DNA of 64,000 nt from NCBI RefSeq assembly GCF_006345805.1, contig NC_043003.1:85560001-85624000 (forward strand). The letters are read 5' to 3'. The notes under the pieces were generated by a model, which worked only from the letters and a program-made list of their open reading frames with translations, searched no databases and was not told the DNA's origin. This document shows, one piece after another, positions 24,357 to 37,448 of the stretch (the first letter of the stretch is position 1; every line of letters begins with the position of its first letter). Source of the DNA: Octopus sinensis. Lineage: Eukaryota. Made by a program: the position numbers and the translations under genes.

Positions 24357-25597
24357 TTATCCACTTTTCCATGCTGGATCACTGAACAGGACATTTTGTG
24401 GCAGTGTTTTACAGCTAGATGCCTTTCCTAATGCCCACCCTTTTAATTACTTCTTGTGGCACATAGAGAGTTATGGGGTACCTATTTAAAAATTAGGATA
24501 TACATGGTATTAAATCCAATATTGCTAGATCAATAGTTTGTGGCCATTTATTACCATAAACCAATCTGACTGATCAACAATCTTCCATCACCTTTTTTTT
24601 TTAATCAATAAAAAAAAAACTATTTTCAAGAAATGGTACATGCTTAAAACTGGATAATGTTCTTGGGGAAAATATACAAGAGTTTTTGTTTACAGTAAAT
24701 GTTGTGTTGTTGCTTTTATGGCTATGTCTTTATGTATTATATATTCATAAGCATTTTATATTTCATCAAATATTTTGAAAGTAAAAGATTTTGTCTTTCT
24801 AATCCACAGATTACAAACTGTTGGTTTAATGCTGGTCATTAACTTGTGAAAAATGTCTTTTACAAATTCTCTGCAATATAATAATTGTCTGTAGCTTGAT
24901 TTTATACCAGTGGCTATACAAAAGAGTAGCCAGTGATATATAGTATTTTGTGAATATATTTTACCAAGGATAAGATGCTAGACTACATATCACAAGTAAA
25001 TCCCTCTACAATTAATGCTTGATACATACAATGTCTTGTGAGATGGAAACTAAATGGAAGTTCATCATGTCTGTTTGTGTTTTCAGAGATATTATGTTTC
25101 ACTGTGGAGGTCTGATAAGATTGAAACATATCTGGTGTTGTCTCCCATACTTGCTGAACAAATCAGACAGCATTTCACTTCAGTCAATGATATTAGTAAT
25201 GAAGAACTAATAAGGCAGTCACAGCATGATCAATCAACCTGTTAGGAATGGCTGTGCAGTCTTCCTCAAATGACACCCTAAAAAACACAGGAAACACTGC
25301 ATAATGTAATAATACTAAATATATTATGTACGAAAAATAGAAGACAAGATTATCATAGATGAAATTCCTGCTGGATCATGACTGACCTAGGCTAAATAAC
25401 TAATAACATCTGTCCATTGACCCTACCTTATAAACTTACATTAGTAACAAATATAAGAATTGATTGATATATTAATTACAAATCTTTTAAATGTTTCCAT
25501 AATGTTTTTCTATGTGTGTTTTAAAACTAAACACGATTATTAAGGAATTTCTTGTCATTGATATTTCTTTTTTTCTGTTTGCTGCATATTTCTAAAG

Positions 25598-25678
25598 ATG
25601 TCTTTCATAAAGAAAGGACGGCCGTTGTATCCAACTAAAAACAACATTAAAAAAAGAAAGAAACGTCCAGCATGGGAT
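25598..25678 (+). CDS. SPICE1: SPICE1 coding exon 1 (MSFIKKGRPLYPTKNNIKKRKKRPAWD)
   Basis: Polypyrimidine tract then aaag|ATG; ends GAT|gtaagt; 81 nt; resembles SPICE1 N-terminus MSFVRV..KKKK..EWD. The acceptor directly before ATG implies an upstream UTR exon. Confidence 0.88.
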
Positions 25679-26632
25679 GTAAGTAATTTCTGTTTCGTCT
25701 TATGACTTTCTCCACCAAATAGCATATCCAAAGGACAACCAACCATGAAATAAGTACTGTGTGTTATGTGTTGCCAGCATTATTAATTAACAAGATATGT
25801 AGTTCTTGACACCTGAGCTTAGGATTTACTAAGCTAGGTTGACCTAGCTTAGGATCTACTTAGGCAGATCCTGTTCTTAGTTAAATTCAGTTGTGTAAGC
25901 TGCAGTTGCCTGTGTTCAATTCTGTTGGCATAAAAGGCTTTGAGGCAGTCCTATCTGCCTCCTATCTCTTCCCAACAGTTATGCCTGAACCAATTGTTTC
26001 TCTTTTCTATTGTTAATAGGATTGACACCAACTAGAAGTTATGTGTTATGTATATATATATATATATGCATATATATAAACACATATATACACGTGTGTG
26101 TGTATGTATGTGTAAATAGGTGTATTTGTATTACATATATGAATAGAAAACTATAAATTTAAATAAATAAAGATATATGGACAAGTGTTTCCTACTATAT
26201 CCATGAGCCAATCAAAGCCATGTGAATGAATTTGGGAGATGGAAAGTGGAAGAAGCTTGTTGTGTGTGTGTGTATAGGCACATGGCTTAGTGGTTGGGGT
26301 ACTCGGCTCATGATTGTGTGGTTGTGAGTTCAATTCCTGGGGGCACGTTGTGTTCTTGAGCAAGACACTTTATTTCATGTTTCTCCAGTCCACTCAGCTG
26401 GCAAAAATAAGTACTATCTGTATTTCAAAGGGCCAATCTTGTCACATTCTGTGTCACTCTGTATCTCCCTGAGAAGGGTACATGTGTCTGTGGACTGCTC
26501 AGCCACTTGCATATTAATTTCACAAGAAAGCTGTTCTCTTGATTGTATCAACTGGATCATTATCATAAACGACTGAGTACCAGTACATATATATTTATAT
26601 ATATGTACTCACACACACTTATAAATACATAT

Positions 26633-26675
<43 letters not shown>

Positions 26676-29600
26676 CACACACACATGCATATGTGTGTGT
26701 TTGTGCCTCTTTATCTTGACATCACATGATAGTTATAAGTGAGTATCCCAGTTATACAAACTGATTTTTGTCTCCAATCTTCTGTGAAGAATATATTCAG
26801 TAATGGGGAAATATTACCTTGCTTAGAAACTGGCATCCTTCCATAAAAAAAATCAGCCTCAAAGAATTCTTTCTGACTCATGCAGGCATGGAAAATTGAA
26901 CATTAAAATAATGATGATTATAATGTTAATTTGCATTGTTATGAATGTTTATATTTTAAGGATAATTTTTATAGTTAAAGCAAGTTTGTATGATTAGTTA
27001 GACTGCATGCTTATTTGAAACTAAGAGGATACTGTATTTTCCGGCATACAAGTCGACATATATAGTGTAAACATTCAAACATTGTCACGATCTTTCCAAA
27101 TTCTACTGCATTTTACACACAGATTTTTTGGTTCTTCAAAGTTGTCTTGGTGTATAAGTCATAAATCAACTGCCTTTTTAGGCTGTAAATTTAGGTCTGA
27201 AAAATTCAACTTGTATGCTGAAAAATATATGAGTTCAGTTAAGAAAGAGCACACCATCAGTTTGATTGAATTGTTTCTGTGAGAATGCTTTTCCATATTA
27301 TTTCAGGACACTCTGACAGATCTTTCTGTGTACAAGTCAAATCCCGAAGAACTTGTAAGCACCCTGATTTTTGTTAATTCCCATTTTTTTAATATTTTTA
27401 GCTTAGGCATGGCTGTGTGGTTGAGTGGTTGAGAAGTTCACTTCCAAGCCACATGGTTTCAGGTTCAGTCCTACTACATGACACCTTGGACAAGTGTCTT
27501 CTACTATAGCCTTAAGCGGATCTTTTCCTTTTGAACGGCACTTTGTAACATAATTTCTAGGTAACTAAAAAGTTTTAAACTTCGTATACTGGTAGAATGT
27601 ATTTATAAAACATCATTTTCTCTTGCTTTTATTGAGAAAATTTTATATGTTGTAACATATTTCGTCTTTAATTTCGAGCATTTCGGCAATTTTAACCAAT
27701 CGCTGAGCTCCATTTAGGTAAATAACATTCTGTGCATAATGAATATGTCCCTCCTTTAAGAAACAGATTGGGTTTATTTACATTTGTGAAGAAAAAAAGA
27801 TACCCTTCCCCAACTCCTAACCCTAACTCTAACCCTAAATCTAAAATAGATTGAAATGCAATAGATCGATACTAGAGCCATAATTATGGGTGACATTTTC
27901 ATTTGACACCGCTAGAAAAAAATCTCATTTTCCGTAGTGGTGTCGTATGAAATTGTCACCCATAATTATAACCCTAGTATCTATCTATTGCATTTCAATC
28001 TATTTTAGATTTAGGGTTAGTCAGGGTTGGGGGTGGGGGAAGGGTATCTTTTTTCTTCACAAATGTAAATAAACCCAATCTGTTTCTTAAAGGAGGGACA
28101 TATTCATTATGCACAGAATGTTATTTACCTAAATGGAGGTCAGCGGTTGTTTAAAATTGCCGAAATGCTCGAAATTAAAGACGAAATGTGTTACAACATA
28201 TAGAATTTTCTCAATAAAGCCAAGAAAAAATGATGTTTTATAAACACATTCTACCAGTATACGAAGTTTAAAAGTGTTTAGTTAACTAGAAATTGTGTTG
28301 ACATGTGCCGTTCAAAAGGAAAAGATTTCCTTAAGCTTATCAATGCCTTGTGAGAAGGTTAGGTTGGCAGAAGCAACTGAAAGAAACCCATCATGTGTAT
28401 ATGTGTTTGTGTTACCTTGTAAATTGTAAGTGATCATCAATGTTATACAAGCAGTGTCATTTATTTCAAACCTTTTGTGAAAATATGTTTAGCCAAGATG
28501 AAATATTACCTTGCGGAGAAACAAGTGAGAAAGAATTGGCAACAGGAAGGGCATCTGACCATAGAAAACAAATTCCATCATGGTTCATGCATGATGTTAA
28601 AATGATGATGATGATGATGATGACAATGCATACAAATGAATTGAGTAGGTGGAGAAGACTTGGTTAAATGTTTGACACATTCAGTCATGGAATCTAGGTT
28701 ATTGCCATACATAACCTCCAGCCAACAGTTGAGCTTGTACTTCTCTGTTATGGCCTGCAGAACTCTAATAAACAAGGGTAGCTGAGAACTAAGTCCCAAT
28801 GGATATCTACCTGCTGAATTCGTTGCTATCTCTTATCTTACTGACAACCTCTTTGTACGTGACTTATACTGCTTGTACAAGCCACTGGTGTATATGCACT
28901 TACTTTTCTTAGCAACCACCAGACTACAAAGCATGTACCCTATTAAAATCTTTGTCTAGGTCAATATTTGCTAGGTTTAGTGGTTTGTTCTTTACTGTGA
29001 CCATTTCCTGTAGTTGTTTCACCAGGAAAAGAGCTTTACTGGTATCCTGTCCTGGTACAACCTCAATCTGCATCTCCTTTAACCCTTCAGCATATCCCAC
29101 AAAAATATTCTACTTGTTTTATATTTAAACAGGCTAGATGTGGTTTCTCACACCTACCCTACAATATCATTCTAATAAATTAACAGTTACCTCATCAAAA
29201 TCTCAAATCTACAAGATAATGCATGATTAATTCAAAACAATGTGAAGAAATAAGCATTACATGTAACAGAATAATCTGAATGCTAAAGGGGTTAACCCTT
29301 TAACATTTAAATCAATCATATCTGCTTTAAAATATTCCATCTGTTTTATGTTCACCTGTCAGATCTGGCTTTTCACACCTACCTTACAATGTCATTCTAA
29401 AAATAAACAACCACATGATCAAAATCTTGAAGAAGTTATGAGAGAATGCGTGATTAATTCAAAACAATGTATAAATAAGCATTACAGTTGACGAATTAAT
29501 TTGAATGCTAAAGGGTTTAAGCTAATTTTCTTTCTATTAATTTGTGCTGTAACCCTTCATGTTAATTGCATAGCTTGGTCTGTCAGTCTGCTGTATTATT

Positions 29601-29891
29601 TGTATTATTTGAATGACTATGTGAATATTCTACTTCACTGGATATTATCAGCATCTCAGCAACCATCCCCAATGATCAGCTACTTTCTCTGACATCATAT
29701 CTTTAAACACCATTTTGACCATATATATATATATATATATACAATTTAAAAATAGGATAAAATCTTTATAAGAAATGATCGAGTAGTTAGTGTGAAAAAC
29801 CTCATTGCATTCCCTCACGTTCGGTACTATGTGTTTATTATGGTAGTTTTGGAGTCCCTCCTAGCATGAGGCATTTATGTATAGTAATGCC

Positions 29892-29983
<92 letters not shown>

Positions 29984-30131
29984 GTCTAGAGAGAGTCATT
30001 CTCTTTTAGTGCCTTATTATTTAACACACTCACTGGTAAAGTTTACACTCATTTACTTATTCATTTTTCCTAAAATTTTCGTTGCGTCTTGCAACCTTTT
30101 CAATTTGCAAACCAAATCCCAAAACAAAGTA

Positions 30132-30163
<32 letters not shown>

Positions 30164-31126
30164 AATTTAAATAATTGGTCCCTCTGTTGAGTCTTCTTTG
30201 TATTAGCTTATCTTTCTCAAGCATTCTCCTTTCCTATAATTTCTTTTTCTTCATCTTTTTATGTATTTTAATTTTTTCCTTTTCTATTTTGCTGTCAGAT
30301 GTATCGCAAGAAAATTCACCAGTCAAAACATTTACCGTGTGTTAAATTTCAGAATGACAGGAAGCAAAATGGCAAAGGTTTGTAACATTAACACTTTTCT
30401 ACTTCTCTTTTTTTATCCTATGTCACCCTATCTCTCTCTCTCTCTTTCTCTCTCATTTTATATGCCCAGTTATGTCAATCTGTCTCTTTGTAGGTCAGTC
30501 TATCTCTCTACCTACCTACCTATCTATCTATTTACCTGTCCAAATACCCATTTGTCTGTTTGTCTGTGTCATATTTACTTTTGATGAATTGTCCTTGTTA
30601 CATATGTGTGTTTTGTGCACTTGTAAATATACTTATATGTATGGCTGTGTTTAAGAAGCTTGCTTCCCAGTCACATGATTTCGGGTTCAATCCTATTGCA
30701 TAAAATCTTGGGTGAGTACCTCCTATGGCTTCAGGCTAACCAAAGACTTGTAAGTGGATTTAGAAGATGGAAACTGAAAGAAGTACATCATGTGTGTGTG
30801 TGTGTATCTCCTTGCTTGGAAAGGGTTGGTGGGAGGAAGGGAATCCAGCTATAGAAAATCTGCTTCTATGAAGTGTACCTAGCCTTTGAAAGCATGGATA
30901 AGGAGATGTGAAAACAATGATATCTTCAGTAAAAAGTCATCAGAATTTTGGAAAAAAAATCCTTTTATTTCATCATTATTATTAGCACTTTTGTTCCTCT
31001 CTAGAACTTGTCAAATACAAGTTCTAGAGAGGAACGAAAGCTCTAATAATAATGATGAAATAAAGGATTTTTTTCCAAAATTCTGACAACTTTTTTCTCA
31101 ATATTCAATTCAGTACATCACACCTA

Positions 31127-31161
<35 letters not shown>

Positions 31162-34116
31162 CTCTTTATATATATATATATATATATATTCATCTACCAG
31201 CTATATAATCCCGTGCACAGATAAGTTTGAATGCTTACTTTCACTCCTAGACTGATCATACATGTCTCTCTATCTATCTAACTATTTTATCTGATTTCTC
31301 TATCTATCTATCTATTTTGTCTGATTTGTTCATTTCTCCTCTCGTCTATGATCGACCTTCGTGTATTCGCCATCTTGAAACCTGTTTCCTTTAATACACT
31401 TCCGCCTTCTCCAAAAATTCCTCTTCCGGACAGCTTTTTACTTAAAAGGTTACCCACAACATGTGCTCTCTCTCTTTCTCATTCATCTACCAGCTATATA
31501 ATCCCGTGCACAGATAAGTTTGAATGCTTACTTTCACTCCTAGACTGATCATACATGTCTCTCTATCTATCTAACTATTTTATCTGATTTCTCTATCTAT
31601 CTATCTATTTTGTCTGATTTGTTCATTTCTCCTCTTGTCTATGATCGACCTTCGTGTATTCGCCATCTTGAAACCTGTTTCCTTTAATATACTTCCACCT
31701 TCTCCAAAAATTCCTCTTCCGGACAGCTTTTTACTTAAAAGGCTACCCACAACATGTGCTCTCTCTCTTTCTCATTCATCTACCAGCTATATAATCCTGT
31801 GCACAGATAAGTTTGAATGCTTACTTTCACTCCTAGACTGATCATACATGTCTCTCTATCTATCTAACTATTTTATCTGATTTCTCTATCTATCTATCTA
31901 TTTTGTCTGATTTGTTCATTTCTCCTCTTGTCTATGATCGACCTTCGTGTATTCGCGGTGCAAAACCACCACCAATACCGGATATTTCTATTTTTGCTCC
32001 ATCTATACCGGATGTCGCTTCTCCCACCACCATTATAGGTGTCTACTCTTCGAACCCCGCTCTTCAATACGCTATTTCACCATGCATTACCCCTCTCTTG
32101 ATATCCTACGTTCTACTTGCCTACAACCTGTCATCTTTTCTCTGAACCACCCCTCCCCACTGGTGCTCCCCTATATTTCTGCACCCCCCCCCCACATAAA
32201 AAGCACCATCCGAACGTGGCCGATGCCAGACCCCTCTGGCACCTGTGCAGGTGGCACGTAAAAAGCACCCACTACACTCGCGGAGTGGTTGGCGTTAGGA
32301 AGGGCATCCAGCTGTAGAAACACTGCCAGACTAGACTGGAGCCTGGGGCAGTCCCTAGCTCCCCAGACCCCGGTCGAAACCGTCCAACCCGTGCTAGCGC
32401 GGAAAACGGACGTTAAACGATGATGATGATGATGATGATATATATATATATATAACAGGAAGGTTTACGAAAATAAACAAAAAACGAAGGCAGGTGGAGT
32501 ACAAACAAACAAATGTATTAGTATGGCGTTCAGGAATAGAAATAGAACAAGTCTTTTACGTTTCGAGCCTACGCTCTTCGACAGAAAGATACACAGAAAA
32601 AAAACAAGGAGAGAAAAAATGCGTGTAGGAGCTAACGATCTATAAAACTGAGAATGTGTGTTTCCCTAAAACTTGAGAACTACACAGCCAATTTCATTCA
32701 AATTTTACACATGCCTAACTTAGGGTCCATGTAGTGTCATCGGCAAAAAATTGTTCAACTTCTTGCCTAGGGTGAGCCCATAGCAATATCATATCTTCTC
32801 CACTATTTCAGTATTACGTGTTAAAAGTGAAACAAAAACATCTCTCTATTTTATGTCAGATACTTTCACTTTAACAATAAAAATTAGAGATAATAATAAC
32901 AATTGAATTATATGTAGTAATCGTAACATAACAATTAAAAGTAAAATAGCAATTGGTATAAAATTGCATCAATGACTTGAACTTGAATAAGTGGTTTCAC
33001 ATAAATGGGAATAAATTAAATATAAATTTAAAGTGCAGAAATGGAATAGTCCAGATGGAGCTGTGCACATACCCTTTACCATGGCTTTTACATTAGATTA
33101 TCTGCTAATTAGCTAGCATTAAGTATCTATATGAAGTTTGGCTGTACGTAATGTCTGTTTTCTCGAATAGACGCTCCTACTGAGTACAGCTGTTAGTTTA
33201 TTTCTTATACATAAAGGACTATAGCTTCAACTCAGTACTGCTTTTTGATTCACCCTAAGGTTTGTTGTTATTATTATTACTGTTTAACTATTGTTATCAC
33301 GTTTGTTGGTTCCTCGTAAGGGAAGCGTTGTTGTGCTGCATTTCTTAAATAATTGTAAACCGTAACCCTCCCCCTTTGGGAGAAGGAGCTTTGGTTATTG
33401 TTTAAAAATTGAATTGTGTCCCTGTTTGGGGAAATTGACAATATTTTCACCATTTATACGGAAGCATTTTTGTTAAAATATCTTCAATAGAAGAAAGTCC
33501 AAAAATGAATTTTGCTGCAGCCGTCGGTGGGCGCGAACTCATTAAAATTAAAATGGAAGAAATACAAACCTATTTCGAATTGATCACCGACGGTGAAACT
33601 AGGATAACACCACCAAATGAAATAAAAAATAAAATTAAAGAAAAGACTATTGTCTATAAAGTATACAATGTAGAGAAAAAAATGAGATTTGAACACCTGG
33701 AGGAAAGCACCATCGAAAAGTGTCTTGGTGCGACTATGGAAGATATCTAACTAGAGGCGGTAAATTCGCCACAATAGAAGCAAGGTTTGAGTCAACAGAG
33801 TGTGCAAGGAGTACTCAACTCCAACCTTGCAAAGTGGAAATATTTTATTTTTACCTTTATATCTGGGACGTAGGACGTCCCGGATAAAAATTTAAAATGT
33901 CCTCCCAGAGGTAGAGGTAGGCTGGATTGTAGCCACAAGAGAGAGGACAAGATAGAATTGATCGAAATTGCAAGAGACGGGCCTACAATTCCAACTTTGT
34001 ATTTTGTATTTTATGTGTAGATGTATATATATAGATGTACATGTAATATGTACACATATATACACATATATACATGCACTAGCACTATGACCCGGGAACG
34101 CCGGGTCATAATGCTA

Positions 34117-34151
<35 letters not shown>

Positions 34152-37100
34152 CTATGAGAGTATTTTTTTTTTCTTTTCATTAGATGAAATCTCATTGAAT
34201 CTTGCAAAGTTAAATAGCAGACAGTTGGCGATTATGAAAGAGGTTCTTTATGATCAAGACCAGGTATGTATATGAATTCTGCCATTTTCTCTTTGTTGTT
34301 AATTTCATAGTAGAATGTGTGTGTGTGTGTATGTGTGCATATATCTAAACATATAAATTTGACATGGGCGATTCTTTCTTGTCTTGGGATTCACAGTCAA
34401 ACAGCTGGGTGGAATTGCGCAAAAAATTACACAGATGTGTAGAATGATCTGGTGGTGTTGCTGGGCTTTGTATTTTTTTCATAGCTCCCATGGTTACTGA
34501 GATAATCTAGTATAATAATACTGTGTATGTGTGCATGCAAGCAAGCAAGCACTCACTCACTCACTCACTCTCTCACTCTCACTCTCACTCACTCACTCAC
34601 TCACTCACTCACTCACTCACTCACAGACAGATGTATGCATGTTTGTGTGGAGGTTTGGTGATGCAAACAGGAAAAATAGAGCTCAGAACAGAAGTAGATA
34701 TATATTTTTTATTAATATCTAGCAGAAGCAACAAAGTGAATCAAGAGCTGAGAATTCTGTGCATTATATACGTGTATTTATATACCCACATACGCATACT
34801 TAGCAGAGATATGTTTTAAAGTGATCTTTATTATACGTGTTCTTTTATTTTTCTTTTAGATTAAAACAGTTCTAGAATATTCAGATAGAATGATGGACAG
34901 AGTTGCAGATCTATGTGGTGATCATCCAAAGGTCTTGTTTTTGTTTATCTTGCTTTGTTATTCATCTTGGTAGTCTTGATCCATATATAATGTCACATCT
35001 TATAACTTGAATGAGGAAATAATTGTTTATTGTATTTAGTTCATTGAATCATTACACAGACTATAAACCCTGCTTCTGTTCACCCCTTTAGCATCTAAAC
35101 CGCTCATATCTGACCTAAATATTCTACCTCTTTAAAGTTAATTGACCAGATTCAACCTCTCATACCTGCCCTACAATGTCATTCAAAAGAATATATGAAC
35201 ACACAAATGGAAATCTTGAAGCTACAAGATAATGCTTGGTTAATTCAAAACAATGTGAATAAGTAAGCAATGCATTTGGCACAGAATCTGGGAAATGTTG
35301 TTCTGTTGTCTTGTGAGATAGTGAGACATTTTGGCACAGCTGTTTTGATACTGCTTATTTGGCATCACTGATTCAATGCTGACTTATTTGACATCAGACA
35401 TTCTAATGTTTCTCTTGTTCTCTCTCCTGCTTTCTCTTTCTCCCTCCCTCTCTCTGTATATGTATAAGTATACATATATTTTTGCACATGCATATGTGTT
35501 TGGCTTCAGTGTCAAAGATATACTGTTGCCAAAACAGGTTGAATGTCCAGTCCACACAGCTGTACCCATTCATCTCATTCTAATCTTGTGATACATAAAC
35601 TAGTACATTCTATCTGGAGACATTGTTGACTGCCATTTGTTTCATGTCAGGAAACTGCAGATATGTATGGATTCTCAGCAGTCCACTGGGTGGTTCTGGA
35701 AAGAACAAAACTAAATCTAACACTGTAACCTCATAACAGTTTTGGCTTGATGTGTTGTTTATTTGATTTTTTTTCTTTGTTTAACCCTTGCAGAGGTACC
35801 AAGCATTTCCCTCTGTTACTGCTGCACCCAACTCTGAAACAAGTGCGATCAATAAAGTGTGAGTGGCAAAAAAAGTTTATTGCTGTTTTTCCGTCATCAT
35901 CACCATCATTGCTATTGTCATCCTCATTATTGTTATCATTTCTTTCATCATTAGAATTGCCATCATTGTTATCTTATCAGTGTTGTTATTGCAGTCATCA
36001 TCATTATAAATGTCATTATTGATCATTGTTATCATCATCATCATCGTTTTCATTATCATCATCATCATTTTCATCGTCACCATCATCATCTTCATCATTT
36101 TCATCATCGTCGTTGTCATCATTTTCGTCATTGCCATCATCACTCTGATGTTTGTTTTCATGATTTTGTGTTATTATTAACCTCCCTCCTGGAACCTAGC
36201 ATTACTGTCAAAAAGCTGCACTGCTTTTTGTGGATTGATCCTCATGATATGTATATCTGTCAGTGTAGGTACACATTGTGGGTCTTACAGAAAGGGCAAA
36301 GTGCCAGTTGTATATATGAGCCTATGTAGTGCAAAAAAAAAAAGGATCTGTTGGTTCCTAGTTGGTTCAGTTTAGTCCAAATATCCCTAGTCAATGTCTA
36401 TTCAATTGCACTGATGTCTGGGGGGATGGTAGGGAACACTTATTAGTATTTTACTGTGTGACCAATATGTACTGTATTTGTCGTATTATAGATGTTCATT
36501 TCATAGTCCAATTGTGACTTCAAGGTAACAGTTTGGATTTTATGCTAACTGCACCAATTACCACAGGAATAATTGTTGTCATAGTAGTCTTCTGCAATTT
36601 CTACATCTGTCTTGCTAAATTCTGATATTTCCCAATTTTTTTTTTTCAATTTCTTTGTTATTCACTCTTTATTATTAACAGTTAATATTATTATTACAGT
36701 TCCCTGCCAAAAGAAGTCCCTGAGTTCCATAGCCATCTGGATACATTAAGCAGCAGTTTAATGGATGTGTCAGCCCTAAATGATAACTGTCATAAACAAG
36801 GTTGTAGATATTTCTGTTTTAACCCCTTTTATTCATTCACATAGATATAGATATTACATCTGTTATATTTGTTAGAATTCCTGTTCTTACTAACACCCTT
36901 AAAACTAATACCCAGTTGAGTAAGCATTATCTACAAGCAGGGAACATGCAGCTGTAGTACCATGACATCTTCTCATTTTCTCTGTGAAGAACATAACAAT
37001 CCATTGAAAAATCTCTATAAGAAGCATTGTATTAGGAAAACTGATGATGTTGTCAACTGAACAAAGTGGAAAGCTTTCCTGAAAAAGTATAAGTGTTATA

Positions 37101-37402
37101 CTTGTAGCAAATAAAGTTGTCTTTGGGAGCTGTAAATATCCCTTCACAAACAAGGACTTCAGTATTCTGCATTCTTGACAACCTTAATCAAGTGGGGGTC
37201 AATCAGTTATGTTTCTGTGGTTAAGAAGTTCACTTCCCAGCTATGTGGTTTTGGGTTCAATCTCATTGCATGGTGCTTTGGGATAATGTCTTCTACTATA
37301 GCTCCAAGTCAACCAAAGCACTGCGAGTGGATTTAGTAAACAGAAACTGAAAGAGACCCATCATAACCCATGGTAGCATTGAAGGCAGACGTTAAACGAT
37401 GA

Positions 37403-37448
<46 letters not shown>

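Noticed and set aside
27820-27845. (CTAACC)n-like units as interstitial telomere
   Set aside because: Short, degenerate and mirrored in the other arm, so an internal part of the MITE
35877-36161. Poly-Met, poly-Ile/Tyr, poly-RE and similar ORFs in the ORF track (also 4899-5186, 24182-24489, 29877-30164, 37964-38318)
   Set aside because: Translations of microsatellites with no splice or homology support
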